64,000 nucleotides of DNA from Candidatus Eiseniibacteriota bacterium (GTDB lineage: Bacteria; Eisenbacteria; RBG-16-71-46), in the NCBI GenBank assembly GCA_963717935.1, contig CAVQXP010000004.1, positions 544,001 to 608,000 of the forward strand, written 5' to 3'. Position numbers and translations under genes: made by a program. The notes under the pieces were generated by a model. That model did no database searches. It saw only the letters and a list, made by a program, of their open reading frames with translations, and was not told the origin of the DNA. This document shows, piece after piece, positions 1-10,034 of this stretch. How positions within the stretch are numbered: position 1 is the first letter of the stretch; every line of letters starts with the position of its first letter.

Positions 1-639
1 CACAACTTCAAGTACGAAGGCTACGAGGTGCTCACGGCGAAGAACGGCCAGGAGGGCCTGCGCACGGCGCTCAAGCAGAAGCCGGACCTCGTGATACTCG
101 ACATCATGCTGCCCGAGAAGGACGGCTTCACCGTGCTCAAGGAACTGCGCCAGCGGCACCGCGACATCCCCGTGCTGGTGATGACCGCGCGCAACTTCGA
201 GGCCGACGTGATCAAGGGCTTCGACCTGGGCGCGGACGACTACGTCACCAAGCCCTTCGGCATCAAGGAGTTGATGGCGCGCGCGAAGCGGCTGGTGGCG
301 CGCGGGCCGTCGGGCGCCCCCGCCCCGGGGCCGACCAGCTACAAGTTCGGCGATGTCGAGGTGCGCTTCGAGCTGCGCGAGGTCCACAAGGCCGGCGCGC
401 AGGTCGCGGTCTCGTTCAAGGAGTTCGAGCTGCTCAAGTACCTGATCGAGCACCGCGGCCGCACCGTGTCGCGCGAGGAGCTGCTCGAGGAGATCTGGGG
501 CGTGGACGAGGAGCTGGGGGTGACGACGCGCACCGTGGACACGCACGTCTCGAACCTGCGCTCGAAGCTCGGGGCCGGCTTCGCCCAGCCGTTCATCGTG
601 GCCGTGCACAAGGTCGGCTACAAGTTCGTGGAGCTGTGA
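1..639 (+). CDS. OmpR/PhoB-family response regulator (5'-truncated by window)
   Basis: Frame open from base 1 (HNFKYEGYEV...). Receiver motifs PDLVILDIMLP and DDYVTKPF; winged-helix tail TRTVDTHVSNLRSKL...VHKVGYKF. Confidence 0.93.
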   Translation, partial: HNFKYEGYEVLTAKNGQEGLRTALKQKPDLVILDIMLPEKDGFTVLKELRQRHRDIPVLVMTARNFEADVIKGFDLGADDYVTKPFGIKELMARAKRLVARGPSGAPAPGPTSYKFGDVEVRFELREVHKAGAQVAVSFKEFELLKYLIEHRGRTVSREELLEEIWGVDEELGVTTRTVDTHVSNLRSKLGAGFAQPFIVAVHKVGYKFVEL

Positions 640-702
640 GCGGGCGCCGCGGCGGATCGCGGCGGGGTCCTGGCCGGCGCCGGCCCGGGCCGCCCGCCCC
701 CG

Positions 703-1659
703 TCATCTGCCTTCGTCTTCCTCGTTCCCGCCGTGCGGTCCGGCCCGCGCCGCGGCCCGCGCCAGCTTCGCGAACTCCTCGAGCGTGAGGGTCTCGCCGC
801 GGCGGCGGCCGTCGATCCCGGCGGCCCGGCAGAGGCGCTCGATGCCCTCGCGGCCGAGACCGAGCGCCTCCTCGAGGGTGTTCGCGAGCTGCTTGCGGCG
901 CATGTGGAACGACCCGCGGATGATGCGGAAGAGCAGCGCCCTCGTCGGCTTCGACCGGGCGGCTGCTCGCGCAGGAAGAACCGCACCAGCGCGCTGTCCA
1001 CGTCGGGGCGCGGCCAGAAGGCCGAAGCCCGGATGGCCATGAGCGGGTCCAGCAGTGCGTGGTAGCGCGCGAACAGCGTGAGCGAGCCGTACTCGGGCGT
1101 GCCCGCGGCGGCGGCCAGGCGCTCGGCGTACTCCTTCTGCACCAGCAGCACGGCGCTCTTCACCGCGCGCTTCTGCTCGAAGATGCGCTCCAGCACCGGC
1201 GTGGTGATGTTGTAGGGGATGTTGCCCACCACGATCACGCGCTCGACGCCGTGGGCGCGGGCGGCCTCCGCCAGGTCGAACTCCAGGAAATCGCCCTCGA
1301 CCAGCTCGAGCTGGGGGACTCTCGGCCAGCTCCTCGCGCAGCAGGGCGGCGAGTCCGGTATCCTTCTCGACCGCGATCAACGTGCGCACGCGGGCCGCGA
1401 GCCGCGCCGTGAGGGCGCCGGCGCCGGGCCCGATCTCGACCACGACGTCGTCCTTCTCGAGCCGGCAGTGCTCGACGATCCGCCGGGCGAGGTCCTCGCG
1501 CACCAGGAAGTTCTGGCCCATGCGCTTGAGCGGCGCGAGACCGCGCTCGGCCAGGGCGCGTTTGACGCGCGCGAGCTCGCTGCCCTCGGCGGCGGCCCGC
1601 TCGCGCAGCCAGGCGGAGGGGCGAAGCGGGTCGCGGCTGGTGCGCCTCGGGGGGGACAT
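703..1659 (-). CDS. rsmA: 16S rRNA adenine dimethyltransferase RsmA/KsgA (three apparent single-base insertions)
   Basis: KRMGQNFL, VVEIGPGAGALT, VVGNIPYNITTP, FWPRPDVDSA and RRKQLAN...RRGETLTLEEF are split across frames, with shifts near 1318, 956 and 940. Confidence 0.92.
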   Translation of the reverse strand: MSPPRRTSRDPLRPSAWLRERAAAEGSELARVKRALAERGLAPLKRMGQNFLVREDLARRIVEHCRLEKDDVVVEIGPGAGALTARLAARVRTLIAVEKDTGLAALLREELAESPPARAGRGRFPGVRPGGGRPRPRRRARDRGGQHPLQHHHAGAGAHLRAEARGEERRAAGAEGVRRAPGRRRGHARVRLAHAVRALPRTAGPAHGHPGFGLLAAPRRGQRAGAVLPARAAARSKPTRALLFRIIRGSFHMRRKQLANTLEEALGLGREGIERLCRAAGIDGRRRGETLTLEEFAKLARAAARAGPHGGNEEDEGR

Positions 1660-1717
1660 GGGCGCAGTGTAAGGGTGCGCGCGGGCGCGGGCCAGCGCCG
1701 GTGGTCGCGATCTCCGC

Positions 1718-2773
1718 TCAGGCGGCGTCGGGCTCGCCCTCGAGCGCCTCGCGCGCCATGTCGCGCGCGTACGGGTCGGGTGACCCGTGAGCGATGCGCT
1801 CCAGCTCGCGGCGGCCCTCCATGCCGAACTCGCGCAGCGCGTAGGCCGCGTGCCGCCGCACCCACCAGGCGGGGTCGGTGAGCCGCGCGGGCAGGGCCAG
1901 CATCGCGATGCCGGCCCGCGTGCGTCCCAGCGCCCAGGCGGCCTGCGCCCGCACCTGCCACACCTCGTCCTGCAGCGCGCCCACGAGCGTGGTCGCGCAG
2001 TCGTCGGCCCGCATGCGGCCCAGCGCGCGCGCGGCGGCGATCCGCTGCTCCGCGTCGCCCTCGCGCAGCCGGCGCTCGATGGACCGGCGGGCGTCGTGGT
2101 GGTCCGCGAGCCCCAGCGCCTCGATGAGCGCGCGATCCAGGGTCGCGTCTCCGGTGCCGCGGTCGAGCGCCGCCGCGAGGTCGGGCAGCGCCCGCTGCCC
2201 GAAGCCGCGCAGCAGGGTCACGCGCGCGCGGTGCGTTCGCTGCTCGAGCGCCGCCGGGTTCGCGAGCAGCCAGCGCAACGCCTCGAGGTCGCGGTAGCGG
2301 GCCAGCGCGGTGGCGGCGGCGGCGGTGACCAGCCCAGGACCCTCGCGCAGGGCGCTGCGCAGCGCGCGCCGGGACTCGGGTGCGAAGAGCAGGGCGAGCC
2401 GGCGCGCCGCCAGCTCGCGGCGCCACGGCGACTCGTCGCGCAGCGCCTCGCGCTCGGCCGCGAAGTGGGGGTTGTCGACCAGGGCGCGCGAAAGGGCGAG
2501 CCAGTCACTCCTGCGCGAGGCCAGATCCTCGAGCGCTGCCCAGAAGCTGCCGGGCTCGGCCGCGGCGGCTTCCTCCGCGAGGGCCCCGGGGTGCAGGCGA
2601 TGCTCGAGGAACTCGCGCAGCGAGTGGGCGAGGTCGTGCACGCGCTCCCGCGCGGCCCCCCGCTCGCGGCGCTGCAGGAAGCGCAGCGTGCAGCCGGCGC
2701 CCGCGATCGCCGCGAGCGCGAGGAACAGGGCGAAGAGGAGGTCGGCGGCGGGGGTCGGTGGGGGAGCGGGCAT
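1718..2773 (-). CDS. HEAT-repeat protein with N-terminal membrane anchor
   Basis: Hydrophobic N-terminus, then repeats of type DESPWRRELAARRL, DAEQRIAAARALG, DEVWQVRAQAAWALG and DPAWWVRRHAAYAL. Confidence 0.85.
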   Translation of the reverse strand: MPAPPPTPAADLLFALFLALAAIAGAGCTLRFLQRRERGAARERVHDLAHSLREFLEHRLHPGALAEEAAAAEPGSFWAALEDLASRRSDWLALSRALVDNPHFAAEREALRDESPWRRELAARRLALLFAPESRRALRSALREGPGLVTAAAATALARYRDLEALRWLLANPAALEQRTHRARVTLLRGFGQRALPDLAAALDRGTGDATLDRALIEALGLADHHDARRSIERRLREGDAEQRIAAARALGRMRADDCATTLVGALQDEVWQVRAQAAWALGRTRAGIAMLALPARLTDPAWWVRRHAAYALREFGMEGRRELERIAHGSPDPYARDMAREALEGEPDAA

Positions 2774-2852
2774 GGCACCGAGGTTATCGGCCCGGCGGAA
2801 TGCGGGCTTGAGGCGTGCGCCGGCGCGGATCGCGCCCGCGCCGGGCGCCGGC

Positions 2853-3617
2853 CTACGCGGCCGGGAGCCGGAACAGCGCCTTCGCGTTGGCCGTCGTGAT
2901 GCGGTCGGCCTCCTCGGGCGTCCAGGTCCGCAGTTCGCAGAGCCGCCGCAGCACCCGCGTGAGGAGTCCCGGCTCGTTGCGTCGAAGCGAGCGCGGCTCG
3001 GGCTCGAGCCAGGGCGAGTCGGTCTCGAGCACGAGCATCTCCGCCGGCGCGGCCTTCACCGCCGCCTCGAGCGGGCCGTGTCCGTAGGTCAGGCAACCGC
3101 CGATCCCCAGCCGGAAGCCGAGCCCGCGAGCCCGCTCGACCGCCTCGGGCCCGTCGTCGAAGCAATGGAGCACGCCGCCCGCCTGTGGGCGCATCTCCTC
3201 GAGGATGCCAAGGGTCTCGGCCAGCGCGCTGCGCTGGTGGATCACGACCGGCAGGCCCAACTCGTCGGCCAGCGCGAGTTGCGCGCGGAACCAGCGCTCC
3301 TGGTCGGCGCGCGGCGCGTAGTCGCGGTAGAAATCGAGCCCGGTCTCGCCCAGCGCCACCACGCGCGGGTGGCGCGCCTCGGCGCGCAGCGTCTCGATCC
3401 ACGAGGCGGGCACCTTCGCGGACTCGCTCGGGTGCACGCCGGGACACAGAAAGACCGAGGGATGCGCGGCCGCGAGCGCCTGCGCGCGGGGCAGGATCGC
3501 GGGCGCGTAGGCGATCTCGACGAAGTGCGTCACCCCCGCGTGACGCGCGCGGTCGAGGACGCGCTCGCGGTCCTCGTCGAAGCGCGGGTCGGTCAGGTGG
3601 CAGTGAGTGTCGATCAT
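2853..3617 (-). CDS. tatD: TatD-family hydrolase
   Basis: MIDTHCHL, GVHP, ALGETGLDFY, LPVVIHQR, GVLHCF, LETDSPWL and NEP motifs; directly downstream of metG. Confidence 0.95.
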   Translation of the reverse strand: MIDTHCHLTDPRFDEDRERVLDRARHAGVTHFVEIAYAPAILPRAQALAAAHPSVFLCPGVHPSESAKVPASWIETLRAEARHPRVVALGETGLDFYRDYAPRADQERWFRAQLALADELGLPVVIHQRSALAETLGILEEMRPQAGGVLHCFDDGPEAVERARGLGFRLGIGGCLTYGHGPLEAAVKAAPAEMLVLETDSPWLEPEPRSLRRNEPGLLTRVLRRLCELRTWTPEEADRITTANAKALFRLPAA

Positions 3618-3759
3618 CGGGTCCGCGGGCCCCGGCAGACGCGCACCGCGGCGCCAGGGCTCACCGTGTGCCGGTCCGCCGGCCCGGGGCGTTCATGGTC
3701 CGCGTCGCGAGAAGGCCATCGGGCCGCGGTCTGCCGCAGCGGGTCATGAATGGCCCAGG

Positions 3760-5541
3760 CTAGGCCTTCGCGTCCGGGCGCGGAGCCACGCCGGCCGCGG
3801 CCTTGAGGTCGATGCGCGGGAACAGGATCACCGGCTGGCCGAGCGTGCGTGCGGCGGGCGGGCCGAAGGCCGGCCGCGCCGCCGCGTCCCGCTGCTGGCC
3901 GGGCGTGCCCGGCAGGCCCAGCACGCCCCACAACTCCTCGCACTTCACGGGGATCGTGGGCCAGGCCCAGATCGCCACCAGGCGCAGGGTCTCGAGCAGG
4001 GCGTTGAGCGCGGTGCCCAGCTCGATGCGTCGTGCCGGGTCCTTGGCGAGGTCCCAGGGCCGCGCGCGGTCCACGAACTCGTTGGCGCGCTCGACCGCCT
4101 GCCAGGCGCTCGCCAGCGCGTCGTGCAGGCGCAGCTCGTCGTAGGCCTTCGGCACCTCGTCCGCGGCCGCGGTGGCCGCCGCCATGAGCGCGTCGAGCGC
4201 TCCGCGCGCCGCGGGGTCCGTGAACGAGTCGGGCGCCCACTCGGAGGGCGTGGCGCCGGCGTAGCCGTTGTGCACCAGCTTCACCGTGCGGCTCGAGAGG
4301 TTACCGAGCTTGTTCGCCAGGTGCGTGTTGCAGTGCTCCACGAACAGCTCGAGCGAGAACTCGCCGTCGCCTCCGGTCGGGATGGCGTCGATGAGGTAGA
4401 AACGCAGGGCGTCGGCACCGAAGCGGGCCGCCATCTCGACCGGGTCCACGACGTTGCCGAGCGACTTGGACATCTTGACCCGGGCATCCTCGGCCTCCGC
4501 CCCCTTCACCTCCGGCTTGCGCAGCAGGATGAAGCCATGCACGTAGACCTGGCGCGGCAGCGGCACGCCGGCGGCGAGCAGCATGGCCGGCCACAACACG
4601 CAGTGGAAGCGGCTGATGTCCTTGCCGATGAGGTGGAACGCGTTCGTGTACTGGGGCTGGCCCATGCCCGCCCACGCCGCCCCCGGTCGCCCCTGGCCGT
4701 CGAGCTCCTGGAACACGTCCTGGCGCGTCGCGCCGGGGCCGCCGGTCTCGTCCTCCTTCGACAGCCACCACTTGCAGTAGGTGCGCTGCGGCCAGCCGAG
4801 GGCGGAAAGATAGTTGAGCAGCGCGTCGGGCCAGACGTAGACGGTGTGCCCCTCGCCACCCTCGATCTCCTCGGGCAGCGGGATGCCCCAGGGCAGGTTG
4901 GGGCGCGAGACGCTCACATCCTCGAGCCCGCCCTTGATGAGATTCACGACCTCGGTGCGCCGGTAGTCCGGCTGGATGAAGTCGGGATGGGCGTCGATGT
5001 GCTTGAGGAGCGCCTCGTCGTACTCGGAGAGCCGGAAGAAGAAGTTCGACTCCTTGATCGCCTTCGGCTTCTTCTTGTGCTCGGGGCAGCGCCCCTTCCC
5101 GTCGAGCTCCTTCTCGGCCTTGAAGCCCTCGCAGCCCTCGCAGTAGAGACCGACGTACTCGTCCTCGTAGATCGCCGGTTCGCCGGTGCGGGGCGTGCGC
5201 GCCAGCGAGAGCCGGCGCATCAACTCCTGCACGGCCAGCTCGTGGCGCTTGTCCGAGGTGCGGATGAACTGGTCGTAGGTCACGCCGAGCGTCTTCCAGG
5301 CCGAGACGAAGGTCCGCGACATCTCGTCCACGAAGTCCTGCGGCTCCTTGCCGGCCGCCTCCGCGGCGCGGGCGATCTTCTGGCCGTGCTCGTCGGTGCC
5401 GGTCAGGAACCAGGTGGCGTCGCCGCGCTGGCGATGGAAGCGTGCGAGCGTGTCGGCGAGGACCTTCTCGTAGGCGTGGCCGAGGTGGGGCCGGCCGTTC
5501 ACGTAGTCGATGGCGGTGGTGATGTAGAAGCGTCGCGGCAC
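3760..5541 (-). CDS. metG: Methionine--tRNA ligase (no C-terminal tRNA-binding appendix)
   Basis: GTG start at 5541 (MPRRFYITTAIDYVNGRPHLGH); GTDEHGQKI, CEGC..CPEH knuckle, IGKDISRFH, KMSKS. Confidence 0.95.
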   Translation of the reverse strand: MPRRFYITTAIDYVNGRPHLGHAYEKVLADTLARFHRQRGDATWFLTGTDEHGQKIARAAEAAGKEPQDFVDEMSRTFVSAWKTLGVTYDQFIRTSDKRHELAVQELMRRLSLARTPRTGEPAIYEDEYVGLYCEGCEGFKAEKELDGKGRCPEHKKKPKAIKESNFFFRLSEYDEALLKHIDAHPDFIQPDYRRTEVVNLIKGGLEDVSVSRPNLPWGIPLPEEIEGGEGHTVYVWPDALLNYLSALGWPQRTYCKWWLSKEDETGGPGATRQDVFQELDGQGRPGAAWAGMGQPQYTNAFHLIGKDISRFHCVLWPAMLLAAGVPLPRQVYVHGFILLRKPEVKGAEAEDARVKMSKSLGNVVDPVEMAARFGADALRFYLIDAIPTGGDGEFSLELFVEHCNTHLANKLGNLSSRTVKLVHNGYAGATPSEWAPDSFTDPAARGALDALMAAATAAADEVPKAYDELRLHDALASAWQAVERANEFVDRARPWDLAKDPARRIELGTALNALLETLRLVAIWAWPTIPVKCEELWGVLGLPGTPGQQRDAAARPAFGPPAARTLGQPVILFPRIDLKAAAGVAPRPDAKA

Positions 5542-5639
5542 AGGTGTCTCCCGGGTCGGAAAGTGAGGCGCGGAGTATAGCGAAAGCGTCGCAGGACGTG
5601 CGAGCGTCGGAGCGCCCGGGCGGGTGGGCCCGGGCGGGC

Positions 5640-6534
5640 TCAGTCGCCCGGGCGGGCCACGGACGGTCCGTCCGCGTCCACGGCGTTGCCCTCCGGCCCC
5701 GGCGGGTCCGGGGCGCTGCCGCGCCGGGGCCACGGCCCCGGCGGCAGCATCGTCCTGGGTGATGCGGTGTTCCTGGCCGTCGCCGTCCCGCACCCAGACC
5801 ACCTGCTGGTGCAATTCGGTGCGGAACACCGTGCACAGGCCCCCGCCGGTCTGGAGTTGTGCGCCCACGGGCGGCAGCTTGGCCGCGCCATCCCGGTAGA
5901 GGTTGAGTTCGTAGGCGAGGCAGCACATCAGCCGCCCGCACGTTCCCGAGATCTTCGTGGGATTGAGCGTGAGTTGCTGCTCGCGGGCCATGCGCAGCGT
6001 GACCGGGTGGAAGTCCTTCAGCCAGGTCGAGCAACAGAATGCGCGCCCGCACGGGCCACAGCCGTCGAGCCGCTTGGCTTGATCGCGCACGCCGATCTGG
6101 CGCAACTCGATGCGCGTCTGGAAGCGCGCCGCCAGGTCCTTGACGAGTTCACGGAAGTCCACCCGGTGCTCGGCCAGGAAGTAGAAGGTGATGCGGTGAC
6201 CGGTGAGGGAGGTCTCCACCTCGGAGAGGTCCATCTTGAGCTCGCGGACGGCGATTCGCTCGCGGCAGTACTCGAACGCCTCGGATTCGCGCCGGGCCAG
6301 GTGGTCCTCGAGGTCGAGATCCTCCTCGGTGGCCTTGCGGATGATCTCTCGCGTGACGCTGCCCGGCCGCTTGAGCTCGAGTAGCGCCGGGTCCTTGAGG
6401 AGCACGCCGCCGATCGCCTCGCCGTGTTCGGCCTGGACGACCACGCGGTCGTTCAGCCGGAGCCAGAGGTGGCGGGAGTTGAGGAAGAAATCCCTGCGTG
6501 AACCGCGCAGGGCGACCTGCACGATCTCGGACAT
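5640..6534 (-). CDS. ricT: PSP1 domain / RicT (YaaT)-like regulatory Fe-S protein
   Basis: FYFLAEHRVDFRELVKDLA, RIELRQIGVRD, GPCGRAFCC and KISGTCGRLMCCLAYE. A probable frameshift near 5750 fuses it to metG in the ORF track; the alternative frame stops at 5640. Confidence 0.85.
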
Positions 6535-6739
6535 CTCGAAACCTTTATGGGCGGATGAGACCCGCCGGACCGGCCTTGCAGCCGGGGTTTCGCGTGAATG
6601 GCGTTCCGGTCCGAGGCTGGCACCGGCTATGAAGAACCCTCGAGGTCGAGGGCGAGGCCTGAAGGATAGCGCAGCGGACGGGCGTTGCCTATGGAGGTGG
6701 CGGGGGCATTCGGCGCGGGCTCAGCGCCCGGGCGCGGGC

Positions 6740-7435
6740 TCAGCGCCACGCGGCCAGCAGGGCCACCAGCGCCGCCAGGCCGGCGACGACCGGGCCGTCG
6801 AGGCGGCCCCGGCGCAGGGGCAGTGCCCGCGCGCGCGACAGGCCGAAGCCGCGCGTCTCGGCGGCGATGGCGATCTCGTCCGCGCGGCGCAGCGCGTCGC
6901 TCATCACCGTGAGCGTGGCCAGCCGGAGCGTCCGTGCGGCGCTGGTGCCGCAGGCCACCGCGCATCCGCAGCGTGTCCCAGGTGAGGCGCGAGGAGCGCT
7001 CGAGTGCGGGCAGCAGGTTCACCGCCACTCCGAGCGTGAAGCCCAGCCCGTGCAGTCCCGCGCGCTCGAGCAGGCCGGCCAGCTCCCCGGGCGACGTCGA
7101 GGCGGCGAGCCCGCGCGCGGCGATCAGGATGGCGAGCGCGCGCAGCGCCATCCACAGACCGGCGGCGCAGTCCCGCGGACGAGACCGCGACGGGGCCGAG
7201 GCGCGCGTCGGCCGGTCCCAGCCACAGCGCGCCCGAGACCAGCAGCAGCGCCACGAACGTCCACAGCGCCCCGCTGCGCGCGACGCGCAGCGCGGCCGGA
7301 TGGAACAGCAGCGCCAGGCCGAGGGAGAGCGCCAGCGCCGAGCCCCGCGCGCGCGCCGCCGAGCAGCACGGCCGCGAGCAGCACGGCGAGGAAGCAGCCG
7401 AGGTGGCCCGCCGTGCCCAGCCGTTCGCGGAACAT
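6740..7435 (-). CDS. ECF transporter transmembrane (T) component, frameshifted
   Basis: Pieces in several frames: hydrophobic N-half, STSPGELAGLL, TLRMRG and DALRRADEIAIAAETRGF (two xRG coupling motifs of the CbiQ/EcfT family). Confidence 0.8.
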
Positions 7436-7444
7436 GGCGATGGC

Positions 7445-8044
7445 CTACGCGGCGCCGGCCTGGAGCCGGCGCGCGAGCTGCCGGCCGAGGCCGCAGGCCA
7501 GCACGCCGGCGGCCGCGCCGACGGCCGCGTGCAGGACGACCAGGGCCGGCACGACGACCGGAATGGCCCGCGGGTCGAGGTGCAGGAGCAGGGCGCCGGC
7601 GTCGAGCATGCGGCGGTAGATCTCGACCATCCCCCGGCCCGCCAGCAGGCCCTGGGCGACGAACGGATGGACGAATGCCCACAGGACTCCGAGCGCGCCG
7701 GCCAGCGCCAGCGGGCCGCGGCGCGGCCGCCCACCGGCCAGCGCCAGCCCGGACTCGGCCAGCAGGGCCTCGGCGAGGATCGCGAGCATCGGGCTCAGCA
7801 CGATCGAGCCGAGACTGAACGCCTTGAGCAGGGCGCTCACCAGCGCGATCGTCAGCACGGCGCCGCGCCGCGGGACGAAGCGGTAGCCCGTGAGCACGAT
7901 GAGCATGCCGATCGCGCTCATCGCGAGACCAGCGAGCGGCAGTCGCAGCGCATGCAGCACCGCGCCGAGCGTCATCTCGGCCACGCCCCACAATGCGCCG
8001 AAGACGGCCAGCGTCACGAGTTCGCGCGTGGACCAGCTCCTCAT
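7445..8044 (-). CDS. ECF-type substrate-binding (S)-like integral membrane protein
   Basis: 199 aa with about 6 TM segments (TRELVTLAVFGALWGVAEMTLG..., VPRRGAVL); lies between the ECF ATPase and T genes; ATGA overlap with the ATPase stop. Confidence 0.75.
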   Translation of the reverse strand: MRSWSTRELVTLAVFGALWGVAEMTLGAVLHALRLPLAGLAMSAIGMLIVLTGYRFVPRRGAVLTIALVSALLKAFSLGSIVLSPMLAILAEALLAESGLALAGGRPRRGPLALAGALGVLWAFVHPFVAQGLLAGRGMVEIYRRMLDAGALLLHLDPRAIPVVVPALVVLHAAVGAAAGVLACGLGRQLARRLQAGAA

Positions 8045-9483
8045 GCCTCCAGCTCCAACTCTGCCAGCGCACCGTCCGCCACGAGGCGACCGCCGCGCAT
8101 GAGCAGCAATCGCCTGGCGTAGCGGGCGGCCAGGTCGTGATCGTGCGTGATCAGCAGGATCGTGCTGCCGCGGGCGTTGAGGTCCGCGACGAAGTCCATG
8201 AGCCGCTCGAGGTGCGACCAGTCCTGCCCCAGGGTCGGCTCGTCGAGGATCAGCAGGCGCGGCGCCGGCGCGAGCGCCGCGGCCAGGGCGGTCCGCTGCT
8301 GCTGACCGACGGAGAGCGACAGCGGGGCGCGCCCGCGCAGGGCGACGAGATCGGCCGCCGCCAGCGTCTGCTCGTGGGTGGCGCGGTCGAAGACCGCCCA
8401 GTTGCGCGGGCCCAGGGCCACCTCGTCGTCCACGCGCTCGGTGAGCAGTTGATCGAGCGGGTTCTGGCACAGCAGCCCCACGTCCAGGCCGGGCCGCGCG
8501 CGGCCCCCGCCGGGCGCGAGACGGCGGCCGCTCCGCGGGCGCATCAGGCCGGCCAGCACGCGCGCCAGCGTGCTCTTGCCGGAGCCGTTCTCGCCGACCA
8601 GTGCGACGAACTCGCCCGGGTACAGGCTCAGATCGATCCCGTCGAGCACCGCGTGCCCGTTGTATCCGGCGCTGACCCCGCGCAACTCGATGAGCGCCTT
8701 GCCGGCCGGCCGGTCGCGCCCCGTGGTCCGGGGCCGGTCCCGTGCCGGGTGCGCGTCGGGCCGCGCGAGGCCGAGGTCGCACAGCCGGGCGCGCTCCCCG
8801 GAGACGGCGCCGGCCGGTCCATCGGCCACGATCCGCCCCCCGTCCATCAGCACGATGCGTCCGGCCACGCGGGAGGCCTCGGCCAGACGATGCTCGATCA
8901 TCACGATCGTCACCCCGTGCCGCCGGTTCAGCTCGGCCAGGGTGTGCAGCACCTGTCGTGCGCCCGGGCGGTCGAGGCTGGCCAGCGGCTCGTCCAGCAC
9001 CAGCAGCGGCGGCCGCAGCGCCAGGGCCGCGGCGATCGCAAGGCGCTGCTGTCCACCGCCGGACAGTTCGAGCGGGGCGCGGCCGCGCATCTCCTCGAGT
9101 CCGGTCGCCCGCAGTGCCCAGTCCACGCGCTCACGCACCTCGTCCCCGCCGAGTCCGAGATTGCGCGGTCCGAAGGCGATCTCCTCCTCGACCGTCAGGC
9201 AGAAGAGCTGCGTGGCGGGGTTCTGGAAGACCAGGCCGACCCGGGTGGCCGGGCCAGCCGGCGGCGGGCGTGACGGGTCGAGCCCCGCCACGCGCGCGCG
9301 ACCCTCGACCCGGGCGGGAATCACGGCCGGGATCAGCCCGGCCAGCACGCGCACCAGCGTGCTCTTGCCGCAGCCCGACGGGCCGCCGACCAGGACGAAC
9401 TCCCCCGCGGCGATGCCGAGCGAGATCCCCTCGAGGGCGCGCTGCGCGCCGTAGCGGACGGAGAGTGCCTCGAGCTCGATCAT
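8041..9483 (-). CDS. ECF transporter tandem ATPase (two ABC domains)
   Basis: GPSGCGKS/LVFQNP/LSGGGQQR/LDEP and GENGSGKS/LSVGQQQR/LDEPT/ITHD; start MIELEALSVRY at 9483. Confidence 0.92.
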   Translation of the reverse strand: MIELEALSVRYGAQRALEGISLGIAAGEFVLVGGPSGCGKSTLVRVLAGLIPAVIPARVEGRARVAGLDPSRPPPAGPATRVGLVFQNPATQLFCLTVEEEIAFGPRNLGLGGDEVRERVDWALRATGLEEMRGRAPLELSGGGQQRLAIAAALALRPPLLVLDEPLASLDRPGARQVLHTLAELNRRHGVTIVMIEHRLAEASRVAGRIVLMDGGRIVADGPAGAVSGERARLCDLGLARPDAHPARDRPRTTGRDRPAGKALIELRGVSAGYNGHAVLDGIDLSLYPGEFVALVGENGSGKSTLARVLAGLMRPRSGRRLAPGGGRARPGLDVGLLCQNPLDQLLTERVDDEVALGPRNWAVFDRATHEQTLAAADLVALRGRAPLSLSVGQQQRTALAAALAPAPRLLILDEPTLGQDWSHLERLMDFVADLNARGSTILLITHDHDLAARYARRLLLMRGGRLVADGALAELELEA

Positions 9484-10034
9484 CGGGGATCGCGCTCTCC
9501 CGCGCCCGCGCCGGTGAGGAGCGCCGCGATCCGCCGCCGGGCGGTCGCGTCGCCCGCGTCGACGACCGTGGCGTGGGGCCAGCGGGCCCGCGCGCGGGCG
9601 AGCAGGCCGGAACGCACCACCACCAGCGCCCGGCCGTAGTCGCCGGCGTCGATCGCGCCGAGGCCGGCGGTCCAGCCGCGGTCCTGGATCAGTTCGAGCG
9701 GACCCAGCTCGTCCACCACCAGCAACTCGCACGGCGCCGCGCGCTGCAGCAGGGCGTTCCCCCAGGCGAGGACCGCCTCGTCGAAGGACCACGACCCCAG
9801 CTCGAGCATCGCCGGACGCGCGGGATCGTGCAGCCAGGCCAGCGGCCGGGTCTCGCCGGAGCGCAGATCCACGGCCTCGATCCCCACCCTGCGCGTTTCC
9901 ACGAAGCGGGCGGGAGAGAGCACGCCGGCCACGTCCAGGCCGGAGCGCCGGGCCACGGCGGCAAGCTCCCGGCACAGGGTCGTCTTGCCGCTGCCCGCGG
10001 GCCCGGTGAGGATCGTGAGCGCGCCGCCCATCAT
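9480..10034 (-). CDS. THEP1/DUF2478-like P-loop NTPase
   Basis: ILTGPAGSGKTT, VAGVLSP, LLVVDELGPLE and LVVVR; start and stop codons overlap both neighbours. Confidence 0.82.
   Translation of the reverse strand: MMGGALTILTGPAGSGKTTLCRELAAVARRSGLDVAGVLSPARFVETRRVGIEAVDLRSGETRPLAWLHDPARPAMLELGSWSFDEAVLAWGNALLQRAAPCELLVVDELGPLELIQDRGWTAGLGAIDAGDYGRALVVVRSGLLARARARWPHATVVDAGDATARRRIAALLTGAGAGERDPR

Noticed and set aside
3760..6534. 924-aa RicT-MetRS fusion in the ORF track
   Set aside because: The linker is low-complexity, a one-base shift near 5750 gives a natural stop at 5640, and a TATACT -10 element (5574-5579) precedes the metG GTG. Probably an indel artefact; reads would settle it.
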